This document shows positions 38,051 through 50,875 of a DNA stretch of 64,000 nt, piece after piece. The notes below the pieces were generated by a model. It worked only from the letters and a program-made list of their open reading frames with translations. It was not told the DNA's origin and ran no database searches. Source of the DNA: Pavona decussata (Eukaryota); assembly GCA_977016875.1 (NCBI GenBank), contig CDRNST010000013.1, positions 620,001-684,000 of the forward strand, written 5' to 3'. The first letter of the stretch is position 1; each line of letters starts with the position of its first letter. The position numbers and the translations under genes were made by a program.

Positions 38051-38484
38051 TAAGCGAGGCTAATGCGCCTTTCACGTCACTTTTGGTGGAAGCCATCTTT
38101 GACCCAAGGTAGGTGAAATCATTAGCCAATCTATTGGAATCAATAAAGAGCTTTATTATTATTTATTATATTGCAGAAAAAGGGCACGAACTTTTGAAAC
38201 ACCCAGTTGATGGTTGCTTGCACCATTCAGAGATAATGGCCACTTATTAGGACCAGAAGTGAATTGTAATGAAAAACATGCCAGTGATAGAAGAACCAGT
38301 TGAAGAAGCATGGTACAAACCTGTTCTGGAGAAAATCAATGAGTTGTGCAAGAAGGAGCTTGCCTGGATTCTGTGTCGTTTAGTTCACCAACAACCCCGA
38401 GCTACAGAAGATACCTGAGTGGTCTGGTTTTAACCAACTGTTGTCAAGCAATCAACACCAGGTTACAATGGCTGGTCCGCTAGT

Positions 38485-39556
38485 CGTAGCTTGGCCCACA
38501 AGCAGTACTTTTCTAAAAAGCGCCGTGAACGCGTAAGTGCCTGGCCAGGATCATGTGCGCGTTACTGACATCAAAGAAGTGAATATCGAGTTGCACTGAG
38601 TTGTTTTGTTACACTGGCTTGTTGATTTGAGCTGTCGCTGCTTAAAACGAACTCTCAAAACAACACGGAAGGAACAAAGTCACACCTTTTTCTCCATTTT
38701 ACTGATCCACTGCTTCATTTAAGAAGATAAAGGAGCTGTAACGTTTGATTTGCAGTACTTTTGCCTGCGACATCGAAATGGTATGCAAATTTGTTGCACA
38801 TGTTTCGTAGGCTAATTGACCGGAATAAATATATTATTTTAGAGCAGAATAGGAAAGAAATCTGGGATCAGAAAACATTGAATGGCTGTCTTCAGTCAGT
38901 CTGATTAGTTTTAGGGACCAATAGGTGATGTTTGGAAACGTTCACGGGCTCCAGATGTCAAGTGTTTGTGGATCGGTTCTGATCTCATAATTCCTGACGT
39001 CAATTTCGAGCCGCAAGAATAGCACGCATATACGATGTTCCTTGAGTGGGAAAGAGTTTGAATCAGAGCTTGAAACTTGGAACAAATAAAGTTCTTTTCT
39101 TCGTCTTTCGAGATATGAGATTTAATTTAGACAAAATTACATACCAGAAACACTTTTATTTTAATGAAAATATGCATTAGTTTCAAGGCCATTTAGAGTA
39201 GCGTACCCAAATCTGCATGCTTTAGAAAGTAGCCAGCGAGTTTTGATTGTTTATTGTATTAATTTTCTTGTGAGATTGTTGGTCTAGGTTTGTGTAAAGT
39301 TTCAAGTCCATTGGGTTATTTTACACCGTGAATGGGGCTTCATCCTTTGACCTAAATTGTTGCGGTTTTATCGGCCCGTGACCGCACCTATGCCGCATTT
39401 CAAACTCTTGCAATTTTCTCAAAAAATAAAATACCTTGGAACTTTAAAATATGATTTTCGAAAATAGTTAATCTAAGGGTATCTTCAGGCAAAATATCAG
39501 AAATTTGACCAAGTGGTCGCTGAAATGCAGTTCTCGATTCTTACAGGCAGCCGCTC
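38485..39556. mobile_element. Long terminal region of a Sola3-like element
   Basis: Ends GGCAGCCGCTC|TTAA; non-coding; partner end not seen. Confidence 0.45.
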
Positions 39557-39599
39557 TTAAGTTCTTATTTTCTGGTGCAGCCTCATTTCCATGCTGCAG

Positions 39600-40320
39600 G
39601 AACAGGTGCCTAGAATGAACACCCCCTAAATGCGTAACTCTTAAGATTTCAAGCTGGAAACAGTGATATTCTTATTCAGGATGACAAGATGAAGATTGTA
39701 AACCATGTTTCCTGCTTTTACTCAAAATGTTTAGCGAAAATCATTTTTCTGCTATCTGCCTCCTGACTGTCTTGTGAGTCACTCTCTATTTCTTCAAGAA
39801 CGGATAAATCTGCATTTAAAGGCATTGTAAAAGCTTTCAAATTTCACGGATTTGTGCATCCCTGGACAGGTTTCCCGCAGCGAAAACTCTTGAATTTGCT
39901 GCGCCCTCCATCTGTGCATCGCACCGTAGATTTCTCGTGCTTTCTTATAGCATTTTCTCAAGTCTAGCTGCTTGATCACGTAAGTTCTGACTTGAGAGTC
40001 CGAGATCTCCATATCCTTTCGCATCCCAGAACTCCTTCATAATTCTCATATAGCCTTTTTTGTTCCCATTGCCATCAAGCAATGGTTGTTCCATTTGTGT
40101 CATAGACACGCACTCGTGTTTGCAGCTTACAAGGTAGGCGTTCATTTGTTCTGTCCATTTGTCTCTAGGGTAAAATTGCCTTCGGTCAGTCATGCCATAT
40201 ACCCCGTTAGGGACCGTTTGTTGTCTTACTCCCCTCCATACCCCTCTTGTTTGGGTCACATGATGTTTTTTGTGAAACCGTGTGCTTCGGGCAATTTATG
40301 CCTTTGCTATTTAACATAGT
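39600..40320 (-). mobile_element. N-terminal fragment of an RLE-type (R4/Dong/NeSL-like) non-LTR retrotransposon
   Basis: KWTEQMNAYLVSC...KGYMRIMKEFWDAKGYGDLGLSSQNLRDQAARLEK. Confidence 0.6.
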
Positions 40321-40574
40321 CTGTTGGCTTTTTACGATTCGACTTAGAGAGACAGGATCATGATGCCTAAAAATATCTGAGTTCCCATTTTGACGGCTTA
40401 AGCTGGTTGTAAGTATTTCTGTGTTTGTTTATGCCCGGTTTGTGAGCTCCTTGATTTTGTATTTTTCCAGCTGTACCATGCAGACGCCAAAAACACAAGC
40501 GAGTGAAAACAATTGGAATTTGAGTGTAGCGTTTTGTGCGATGGATAACGAACATCTTCAGTGGCTACTGTTTT

Positions 40575-42400
40575 GTCTTTTGGTTCTTCCAACATCAAAC
40601 GAACAGATATTTGGTGGAGAATCTGGAAGCATGAGGCTGTTTTTGTGGAGAAGTTCAAGTTTGTAGTTCCATGCCAGATTGGATTACACGTATATGTTTA
40701 GCGCTAAAAAACCCAGCTTTCAAGTGTATCATCCATGTTTGTGTTCTAGCTGTCTGTTGTACTTGGTTTGCGTTTTGCGAGCAAAATGTATCTTGGAATC
40801 AGCGGACAAAGGAGCTTGCCTGAGGAGAATCTATGTGTCAGCGTTCGACCTCAAAGGAACAATGTGACTTTAGATGCTCAAGCTGTTAATCTTGAGAAAA
40901 TGGCATCCATGAGAAAGAAACGTGGTGGCTATGCATCGCATGTAACAAGGACTTGATGTCTTTGTTCGACAAGGGAGCGAGTGTCGGTTGCGTCCAGAGA
41001 AGGGCTGCTCTTAAACATTTGTTTGATTGTAATACTAAACTTCTAGACTTGTCAGAGACGGCTGGTAGAGCAGAGGAGGTTCCCTGGGCCCGAATGTATT
41101 AAAGTGAAGCTGAGAACAATTGCAGTGAGGTATTAAAAATTGGTAGAGCAACGCCTGAGTGTGGCATGTGCATTAATCTGTCAAGTGATTGGTTAGAAGA
41201 CCATGTAGATCCAGAAGATAGCATTACCCAAGCTTATCAGAGTACAAAGAAGTCTTCTTCGACTATCGCATCAAGTGCGAGGTTGAAGGCGGCAGCTAGA
41301 AAGGCAGCTTTAACGGCTTCTGCACAAGTTTTAAATGAGGGTTTGGAATTGAAACAAAGGCAGTGAAAATTGTAACACGACCAAGAGCAATTGAGCCTGA
41401 GAGCTAAGATCTCTGAAGTAGAAGCTGAGGAAAGGGTCTACCAGATGTTTGAAGAGAAAGGTGTATGCAGTGATCGTACTAGTGTTGTAAGTTCGTTCAA
41501 TTAAGAAGTCATCTTTGAACCCAAACGACGCAGAGTGGCCAGCATGTATGTCAGGCGAGGTGAAGAAGGAGATCCCTGCTGTGCAAGATCAAGGCGCTAA
41601 AGTTGAAGCAAACGGGCCAGATGCCCCTGTACAAGGCATAGTACCTCATGCCAGACCGAATTCTTTTCTTTGCAAAGAACTAATGCTTCCTTCAGATGAT
41701 TAACATGATGCAGCCGCCAAAGGCTAAGCTATGACATTCAACGGGGACCCTTTGGAGTTTTGGATGCGTAGTTTTGATAACAGCATTGGGAGTGTGGTTA
41801 TAGATGATGGTCCAAAGTTGAACAGGCTTTTCCAGTATTACAAAGGAAAAGCCTTCAAGGTCGCCAAGTGCGGTGCTGTGCTGTTATGAGGCCTTCAGAG
41901 GGATATTTCGAAAACTAGAGTGTTGCTGAAAGAGAGGTTTGGAAACTATTACAAGATCTGTGAGATTTGGGTTAAAAAAGTTAGAGAAGGGCCCATTATA
42001 AGGCACAGTGAGGGGCGTTGCCTTCAGAAAATGGCAGATGATCTCAGAAGTTGTAAGGAGACTTAAGGAGCGATGAACAAACTTGACGAAATTGACACTA
42101 GGAGGAGTATTTTAGGATTGTTGAAAGACCACCTCTGTTCGTTTAGGGGCGATGGTGGAAATTAGTGGTGAAGACCTTGGAAACAACTGGTAGATATCCC
42201 TCAATTACCAGTTTGATGTGTTTTGCCTCGGTAGCTGCTTGTGAGGCCACCTATCCTTTGTTTGGAGTTTTAGAGAACAAACCGAAGGATTTCAGTGGAA
42301 GAGGCCTCCTCAAACCAGAAAGGGGCAAAGGAGTTACTTTTGGGGTGCAAGCTGATGTGCAACAGTGAAGCCCAGCTCGATGAGCGAAACCAATGATCCT
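40575..42400 (+). mobile_element. BEL/Pao gag (DUF1759-like) remnant with PBS-like sequence
   Basis: TGGTTCTTCCAAC at ~40581; PEDSITQ..ASSARLKAAARKAAL; LMTFNGDPLEFW...KLNRLFQY...LLKERFGN. Confidence 0.8.
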
Positions 42401-43044
42401 TAGGTCAATGAAACTAAGGCCAAACTATCTGTTTGTTGTCTGTTAGCAAATCCCCATAGACTGTGTGGCCTCTGTAGGTCAACAGCGGTCCACCAAAAAG
42501 AAGACTTGGTCTTAATTGCCATTGAAGTGGCTTGGTCTTTGACCTTGTCCATCGTTGGTGAGAAGAGGTCATTCAGGAACTGTGAAAACAATTAAAACAT
42601 TCTTGATCAATTGGGTGTTTAACATAAATTGGATTAATTAAATTTAGATAAATTTCTTAAGTTCGTGTGTTTAGATAAATTTCTTAAGTTGGTGTGTAGT
42701 TACTTTAAATATCGCAGAATATACTCTAAACAAGCTGACTCATTTGCTATGTATAAAAGTACTGGATTGGGAGGCAAGTTTTGCTCAATGCCGCAGTTCT
42801 TACCGGCCAAAATGTGGTGTACAAATTTATTACGACTGCAGGACAGTTTCTAGTTACGTGGGATTTATGAATACTGGGCCCTGTTGCTGCGACATTAAAG
42901 TACAACTCCCAAATTAGAATAGAGGTCTATTAGCCTAGCTTACTCGAACTTCTGTAGTGAATAAAAACTTAAGTTCAAAAGCCGATGTCGTATGAGATGT
43001 GTGGTCTCATTAACTGTTCTATGATCGATCTCTATTGAGTGCTT

Positions 43045-43316
43045 CAGGGTTCATACGGGTCACAGAAAACCTGGAAAGTCATGGAACTTTAGAATTTCAT
43101 TTTCCAGGCCTGGAAAGTAATGGAATTTTGGTGTGGGTCATGGAAAGTCATGGAAAATGATGTTTATTAGAAAGTACAAAATAAATTGATTTTCTTGCAA
43201 AGGAAATAGCAAAAACATACCCAAAATAAATTTAGGTCATGGAAAACTTGGAGAAGTCACGGAAAAGGTCATGGAAAGTCACGCAATTTCAAAAGCTCAA
43301 AAGAGTATGAACCCTG
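43045..43316. mobile_element. hAT-like MITE
   Basis: CAGGGTTCATAC ... GTATGAACCCTG; GGAAAGTCATGGAA repeats; GTGCTT on both flanks. Confidence 0.8.
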
Positions 43317-43399
43317 GTGCTTACCTGAACAAAGATGTCTTTTTGTGATTCTGCCCAACCAATGAGTCAATTACACGGAGGAGTGTTGATTTTTTAAAC

Positions 43400-43978
43400 T
43401 CCTCTGGTGGCTGTGTGGGTTGCTGTTAATGGAGGAGCTCGGAAGCAACATGATTTTCGACATGAAGGGCAGCTTCTACTCTCAGGATGTTGTCAACTTT
43501 TTTTGTTTTGAGTGGTGTTCAGCCTTTTGTTCGGCCTTCTGCTCACGTCTTGGGGTGACCACTATTGCGTCTCTTGCGTTTCTTTGCGGGGCGGCAGGGG
43601 GTTTCCTTTCCTTGAGTGCCACATTTTGGCACTGCTGTGATAGGCTCGCTCTCCGTGATTCCCCTTTTCCCGAGCTTGAAGCGGTTGACACTGGGTTCAT
43701 GCCGGGCTTGTAACCCAACGTGTCGCCGAGTTTCTAGTAGTATTTGCAGGTTTTGGCTCCTGATGTGGTTGCCCTCTTGTTATCTTCGACATCAACAAAA
43801 CTTTTCTTGAGTTGCTGACGGATGGTAATTATTTGCTTTATGGCTTCCACAATTGCCTCCCACACGCTTTTGTTTATAAAGTTTACGTCAGCCCGGTTGT
43901 GCTCATGTTCTTGATAGATGAATAGCTTCACGCTTTCGTCCGTCCGTCCGTCCGTCCGTCCGTCATAAAGCCTCCATC
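43400..43978 (-). pseudogene. Myb/SANT-like (Harbinger ORF2-type) remnant
   Basis: DESVKLFIYQEHE...KSVWEAI...LKKSFVDVEDNKRATTSGAKTCKYY*KLGDTLGYKP. Confidence 0.6.
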
Positions 43979-44002
43979 TTCTGTTACTGTTGAAGAGCCT
44001 GC

Positions 44003-46455
44003 TGTATCACTGCTAAATGTAATACAAACCATAAATGTAATAAACTTTTACGTTAAATGTAATAATCTACCCAACTGTAAATGTAATACATTTTAACGCT
44101 AAATGTAATAAATTTACCAACCATAAACGTAATACAACATAACGCTAAATGAAATAACCATGTCAACCTTTTGAATAGGGCAAAGGATTCTCAACCTTCT
44201 ACAAGCGATTTTCATGGCTAGTTTTTTTTTTTTTTCATATCACCCTTCTTCAAATTATTTTTCCCTGAAAAATTATTTAATTTTAAATATGTTCCTCTGC
44301 ATAAGCTAGTTTTTGCACTTTTTATTGTTAACAGTAATAGTCTGTAACAAAGAATCAGAAACAAATCTTATATTGGAACAAAATCTGTAAGTACTGTAAT
44401 TAATTACCGATCATTAAGAATAACTATAGGTCATTTGAAATGTATAAATATGAAATATGAATTGAACTTTCTTCATGTAGCATCGAAACAGAACAAACAT
44501 GAACAATATAATGACCTGATTAACGTGAAAATCATTTCTTGGTAGTCTTAAAAAAGTGAAAACTTCAATTACGATAAGGTCCTTAGTAATTATCCTATAT
44601 TGGGTTCAATTCTTGTTTTTATTTCTCCATTTGATAGCCCTTATGTAAAACCAAGAGCCTGTTCCAGTGTAAAGAAGTCATACCCATGCATGAATCCATT
44701 GTGGACTGTCTATTATGGCCTTAAGAGCTAAAACCAGCCCACTTCCTCTTCCCCAGTTCCTGCAAATCTCCCTCATACTGTGATATCCAATTTAAATATC
44801 TCTGTCATAACTTATTTTCGGTAGCCTCTGAATGTGTGGTGTAACTAGTCTTCTGAAATGGGTGTTGAGAGCACATAAACTGTTGTATGTAGCAACAGTG
44901 ATTCTGGGACTTTCGCGTTAATGGAAAGTCAACAATAAAGCTTAGAACTTCAATTGGAAGACTTTCTATGAAACAAATTCCATCGCCATCGTTTATAGCA
45001 TTTATGATCAAGTTTCCTGGGCGGATATCTTCATCCACGTGATCTTCTGAAATCTCGTCACATTCGTTTGCGTTTCCATTTTGATCTGCATTGCCCCAGA
45101 TGCCATTGTCTACAGCATACTCATCATCAGTTTTGTTGCTGACGGATACGACCATTTTTTCTTGAGACTCTTAATTTCCACTGATCTCTTCAACCGCATG
45201 ACCCTGGGAAATCACCCCATTTTTATATGCGTGGCTCTCTAAAATGTTTTCATCATTGGGATTAAAATCGTGCTGCTTTAAAATGTTATCTAGATCCTTT
45301 TCCACACAATTTACTTTGGTCTGCACGGTGTAATCTGGAACTCTTAGACAGACATTTTGAATGCCGTCATTTTCAGGGAAATGTGCCAATGTGAATGGAG
45401 CAATGGGTTTAGAATTTTGTGGGGAAATTATTTTTTGTACGTCTGGCCCTAACGAAGATATAACGACCAGCTTTTCATTATAAACATTTCCCATTGCCTG
45501 TAGGCTAATATGGTCACCATAAGCACCTTTGTGGCTCATATTTGCTAAGACCACGGAACCCCGAACAAATAGCTGAAAAAAGTGAAAACGGTCTTGGGCA
45601 AGTGGATTATTGTTGAGATAATCAACAATTTCCTTCCGCAGAGTTTCTTCCGAATGCAATATGCCAAGATGTTGAAGAAACCAACTTAAAGCTGCAAACT
45701 GGCAGTTACCATCACTGGCTGGGTTGAAAGAAACTTCGTAACCTTGATCGATCGAGGAATGGTTGATAATAATCCTGTGTTGTCATAACAATGCAAAACT
45801 TTTCGATGGTCCGATTTCTTAGTGTCCTTCTGTTTATCTTGATTTGACTGAGTCAAATGTCCTCGTGCAGCTGGTCTTTTACGTTTCTCCTTCCTGGCCG
45901 TTAGGCTAGTTATTTCCTCTACTGACACCCGTTGGGTGCACGGCTGTTGGGTTTTGGGGGATTCAAAAGTTATCTTGTATTTCCCAGTTGGAAGGTTTCG
46001 TTTCAAAATTTTCCCTCCAAAACAAATCTTTTTCTGGGAGCATCCCAACTTTTCCGGAAAAATGGATATCTAATCAGTACTGTTTCTCTAACTTTGTATA
46101 TAGATGGGGGATTGCCTTTTATCTTTCTTCGGATGTACCTTTTATCCCAAATGTTGTTTGAAGTTATTGCTTTAGAGCGAAAGCGGCAAGATTGGTCAGC
46201 GCGCTTCAAATAGTCGGACTCCTTATGATTTATTATTAGTCGCACAAGAACTACTTTGTTTGTAGGTTTTTCCACCCTCCACCATCTGAGTTAAGGCATT
46301 GGACTCCCAACAATAAAACACTTCAAAGAGGGATTGCCTACCGAGCACATCCATGGGTTCCTCGTTTAAAATTTTTTTGATATTCCCTCAACTTGGACGC
46401 CCAGTTTACTCCAACCTTTGAGAATCTAAGTAGATCAAAAGAAATCTTTTTCCGC
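44003..46455 (-). mobile_element. 3' half of a Ginger-like DNA transposon: integrase C-terminus, OTU protease and F-box-like tail, with TGT terminus
   Basis: KVGVNWASKLREYQKILNEEP...FEVFY; PPSIYKVRETVLIRY; NPASDGNCQFAAL...YGDHISLQA (OTU); terminus TGTATCACTG with TAAATGTAATA array 44013-44160. Confidence 0.75.
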
Positions 46456-46639
46456 TGTGACCTGTTTTCTATGTCATCAATTTTATCTTGTAGATCTGCA
46501 ATCTCATTCTCAAGATCATCCAGTTGTGTTCATGAGTCGCTGGGAGTTGCATTTCTATGGTGGCCCATCGCTGCCATGGGCATTTTTACCTTTTATGTAT
46601 ATTTTTTAGATTGATCTTCGTTTTCTTTTCACTTTCATT

Positions 46640-47230
46640 ACAAAGTCATTTGCAAACGAAAATGATTTCCAAAAAGATATACATTTGCAAAATCATTTGC
46701 AGACGAAAATGATTTTAAAAAATAATTCATTTGCAAAATCATTTGCAAACGAAAATGATTTAAAAAATAATTCATTTGCAAAATCATTTGCAAACGAAAA
46801 TGATTTAAAAAGTAATTCATTTGCAAAATCATTTGCAAACGAAAATGATTTTAAAAAATATTTACATTTGCAAAATCATTTGCAGAGGAAAATGATTTAA
46901 AAAGTAATTCATTTGCAAAATCATTTGCAAACGAAAATGATTTTAGAAAATATTTACATTTGCAAAATCATTTGCAGACGAAAATGATTTTAAAAAATAT
47001 ATACATTTGCAAAATCATTTGCAAACGAAAATGATTTTAAAAAATATTTACATTTGCAAAATCATTTGCAGACGAAAATGATTTTAAAAAATATTTACAT
47101 TTGCAAAATCATTTGCAAACGAAAATGATTTTAAAAAATATTTACATTTGCAAAATCATTTGCAAACGAAAATGATTTAAAAAAAATTCATTTGCAAAAT
47201 CATATGAAAATGAAAATGATTTTAAAAATG
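46640..47230 (+). repeat. 45-47 bp minisatellite (~12-13 units) in the left TIR
   Basis: Unit ATTTGCAAAATCATTTGCAAACGAAAATGATTTTAAAAAATATTTAC. Confidence 0.95.
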
Positions 47231-47322
47231 TAGCAGCCCATTGCTGCCATAGCCCATGGTGCATTGCGATTCCTGCTCTACGAGGAGACTAGGTTCTAAT
47301 GTCGGTTCTGGTAGTTTACAAA

Positions 47323-47790
47323 ATGGCGGCTTGTGCACCTTGGAAGAATTATCAGAAAAATATGGCTCAAAAACAGTATGGAAAAGCTAAAAATCTGGTT
47401 TTAGAAAGACGCTCCATGATAGTACAGAGGCTAAGCTCCGAAGATTCGGGTAAGGCTCAAAAATACGCCAGCCAGGGCGCCCGTGAGTTTGTACCATAGG
47501 AGTACGAAGATTTCACTCTGGACAACCTGAATGCTGCATGCAGGCAGCATTTTTCCGGAGACCAAACTGATGAGTACGTCTATGATTGCGACGTATTGGT
47601 TGGCGAGCTTGGACCATCCTGTAACTCGGTCGATCAGCTTCCTGATACAAAAGTGATATACATCCGGTTTATTGACGAAACTGAAGAAGATGATGGAAGT
47701 GAGCGAAGCCGAAAGTCTGGGGCGAAACGAAAGCGGCCAGTTAAAGCAACAACCACAGACACAAAACGATTTGTGATTAGTGCTAGCAAT
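47323..47790 (+). pseudogene. Truncated left-hand ORF of the IS3EU-like element
   Basis: MAACAPWKNYQK...VQRLSSEDSGKAQKY...REFVP*EYEDFTLDNLNAACRQHF...CDVLVGELGPSCNSVDQLPDTKVIYIRFI reads as one frame with one stop. Confidence 0.65.
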
Positions 47791-48849
47791 GCCAATGCTA
47801 AAGAGAAGTTGTTAATTGATTTGATATTATTTTTGAGATACCAGAAAATAGAGGATATTACATGACATGGGGAGATACAAATTGGTTGAGTGTTGAAAAT
47901 ACATCTCATGAGTGAGAAGCAAATGTATCATGAAAATGTTGGGTGGGGTTGAATACAGAAAATATATGAAAAGTGAGAGGGGCTTTCTGCAGTCCCACCA
48001 AGAACTACGGAGTGTCTACCTAGTTGTTGCTGTTCAAGAAAATTTTCCTCTCATTTTCACCTGCATGAATATTTTTGCAGTAACCCTATCACCTCTTCAC
48101 CAAAAAAAACTTACACAGAAATGAAACCTTCTAGCAGAAAATACAGTCTTTAAACTTTAAAAGGTTATATAAACAAGCCTTGTAGCTTAAATTGTGGCGT
48201 GACACAATTTGTTTTCCATGGACACCCCGCTTGTGTGGACATCTCTACACAAGGGTGAGCGTGTCTGTTATATAAAGGTTACACTGTATTGCAAGTTGTC
48301 CCAGCAAATTTCATTTTTGTGACAGGAAAGCTTTGGTTAAGCAAATCAGTCAAATGTTTGTTGTGCCAGCATTTGGAAAGTAGCATTTCTTGGCTAATTG
48401 TTCAATGCAACATGATTCCCGTACAAATATTGGTCTGAAAAAATATCTAGAGTTCACAACTCTAAAGAAAGCCATATTTACGCTTGTTCAAACTACAACT
48501 GTATTACAGAAAATGTTATAAACGAAAACAGAAAAAAAAACTACATCTGGGAAACTTTCTGCCTCCAAGTACTACTGGTATTTCTCACAATGTTCATCAT
48601 TTATTTAGAATGTTGTTTTATTAACAATGTTAGAGCGGTTTTCATGTGACTGTACTGAAACCACAGTACATGTAATTACACTATTTCTGAATAGGAGTAA
48701 TTGCAAATTACTCGCAACGGTCATGTCAAATCCACTCTATGTACTCCCATCCCACTGGCTATTTGCAAACTTTGTATGCCAGGATGGTCTACCAGTATTT
48801 TCACTGTTAGAAGACAGTGCTATGGAACCTAAAGTTGCCACTACTCTCC

Positions 48850-49030
48850 ACTGAATCTGTCTTTCAAATACAAAAACGCATCCACCCCAATCAGTTGTTT
48901 GAACATCATGAACATTGGGGATGAACTGTTCACACTTTGCTCTAAACTGGGGTTCAAGGAAGTCATGTCAAGCACTCCAGAATGTTCAGCTGCCTCTTGC
49001 AGTTGCTCATCTGTAACTGGTAAACCTTAT
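48850..49030 (-). pseudogene. Last exon of the right-hand (putative integrase-core transposase) gene of the IS3EU-like element
   Basis: Acceptor then LPVTDEQLQEAAEHSGVLD...DAFLYLKDRF; start MAARAP at 50286; catalytic core not seen. Confidence 0.45.
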
Positions 49031-50374
49031 ATAAAAGGAAGATTGATGTGTCATTCTAAACCTAGAAAAGGGAAATAGAATAGTCTTTGAACAGGCTCTC
49101 CAGTAACCTCCTATGCAGGCGCTTTAAAGTTCCTTGGGAAAAGCCCTCCAGGCCCACAAGAAATACTATTAGCTACAGTTGCGACATCACAAAAAATAGG
49201 CAGACAAATGTAACAAGCATGTGCAAAGCTTGCAAAAACATTTAACCTGGAAAACAGTAACTGACTGTAATCACAGGTTGGGCATTTCTGGTTGTTTTTT
49301 CCCCGATCTCCATACTAAATATCAAAGCTTCAAGGACTAAATAAAAATGATAATTTAAGACACTACTTGTAAACTGTAAAATTAACAAAATTCTATAAAA
49401 TAGCTGTACCTACCCCACAGTAGGTTTTTAGAAAATCTGAAGGGTAGGAGGGGAGTTACGAGTTTGGAAGTCTGATTACAGGGGGGTCCTTGCTTGGCTA
49501 GGGGGAGGGGGGTATGTATGGATATTTTCTGGAATTAACCAATAAGCTACTCCCACCATCCACACTAAAAAAATCTATAGGCTTACCATCTTCAAATGAA
49601 AAGAAACATCCTGACACATTTTCTGCTAATCATAAGCCCTTGCAAATGCTCTTTAAAACGATATAGCCCCAGGGCATCATTTTTTAATTTTACGGTAGTT
49701 GGATACAGAGTGGTGAAGAGGGAATATCAATCACGAATGAAAATTTTATATGGTTTCACAGGTGATGAAGAACCATTTCTCTCTAAAGTCAAACTTGACA
49801 ACGCTTGAACTCGTAAGATGACTAAAACGCTGTGGTACATTGCTTATCTTAGTTAGAATTTTTCAAGCAGGCTAAGATGCTACCAAAAAGTGCACATTCT
49901 AATTTAGATAGAGAGCATGGTTGGCTCGAGGTTGACTCGTGGCTCGAACTTGACTCGGGCTCAAGCTACTTGTTACTCTCAGAGAGAAAGGGGGATCTAA
50001 ATCTAAGACTTCTAACTGTATCAAATTTTGTTCAAAGCATACATATTTTGATTGAGTACTCCTTGGGCAGCTTACGCTAATAACACAAGGGGCGGCATTA
50101 AGGGGACGATTTCAGATGAGCTTGATTGAGTTCTCTCGTGTTCGTTTCATTGGTATATATTTCGTATGTTTTTCTGGGAGCAAAAAAACACACATGAAAA
50201 GCAAAGATTATCCTGATCAAAAGAACCATACCTTGAGAATCGTGTGATTTCTTCGCACTATCATTCTTGGGTGCACGAGCTGCCATTTTGTAAACGTACT
50301 AGAACCTAGTCTCCTCGAAGAGCAGGAATCCTAATGCACCATGGGCTATGGCAGCAATGGGCTGCTACATTTTT

Positions 50375-50875
50375 AAAATCATTTTCGTTTTTAAATGATT
50401 TTGCAAATGATTTTGCAAATGTAAATATCTTTTAAAATCATTTTCGTCTGCAAATGATTTTGCAAATGAATTTTTTTAAAAAATCATTTTCGTTTGCAAA
50501 TGATTTTGCAAATGTAAATATTTTTTAAAATCATTTTCGTCTGCAAATGATTTTGCAAATGTAAATATTCTTTAAAATCATTTTCGTTTGCAAATGATTT
50601 GCAAATGAATTATTTTTTAAATCATTTTCGTTTGCAAATGATTTTGCAAATGAATTATTTTTAAAATCATTTTCGTCTGCAAATGATTTTGAAAATGTAA
50701 ATATTTTTTAAAATCATTTTCGTCTGCAAATGATTTTGCTAATGAATTATTTTTTAAAATAATTTTCGTCTGCAAATGATTTTGCAAATGAATTATTTTT
50801 AAAATCATTTTCCTTTGCAAATGATTTTGCAAATGTAAATCTTTTTGGAAATCATTTTCGATTGCAAATGACTTT
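50375..50875 (-). repeat. Inverted copy of the 45-47 bp minisatellite (~11 units) in the right TIR
   Basis: Reverse complement of 46640-47230. Confidence 0.95.

Larger units (their letters stand above)
36241..38133 (-). mobile_element. 5'-truncated RTE-clade LINE with 11-bp TSD
   Basis: DFTYLGS...RISLA|SAFWKLERLW...ILLYGCEGW...LQFLRHILR...DRKVWR; (GAT)n tail; TSD TTGGAATCAAT at 36230-36240 and 38134-38144. Confidence 0.9.

Noticed and set aside
46638-46900. Repetitive ORFs (MQMILQMNYF..., MQNHLQ...), also at 50617-50832
   Set aside because: Translations of the minisatellite
46640-50875. CRISPR array
   Set aside because: Units are contiguous with no unique spacers, lie inside TIRs, and there are no cas genes; the context is eukaryotic
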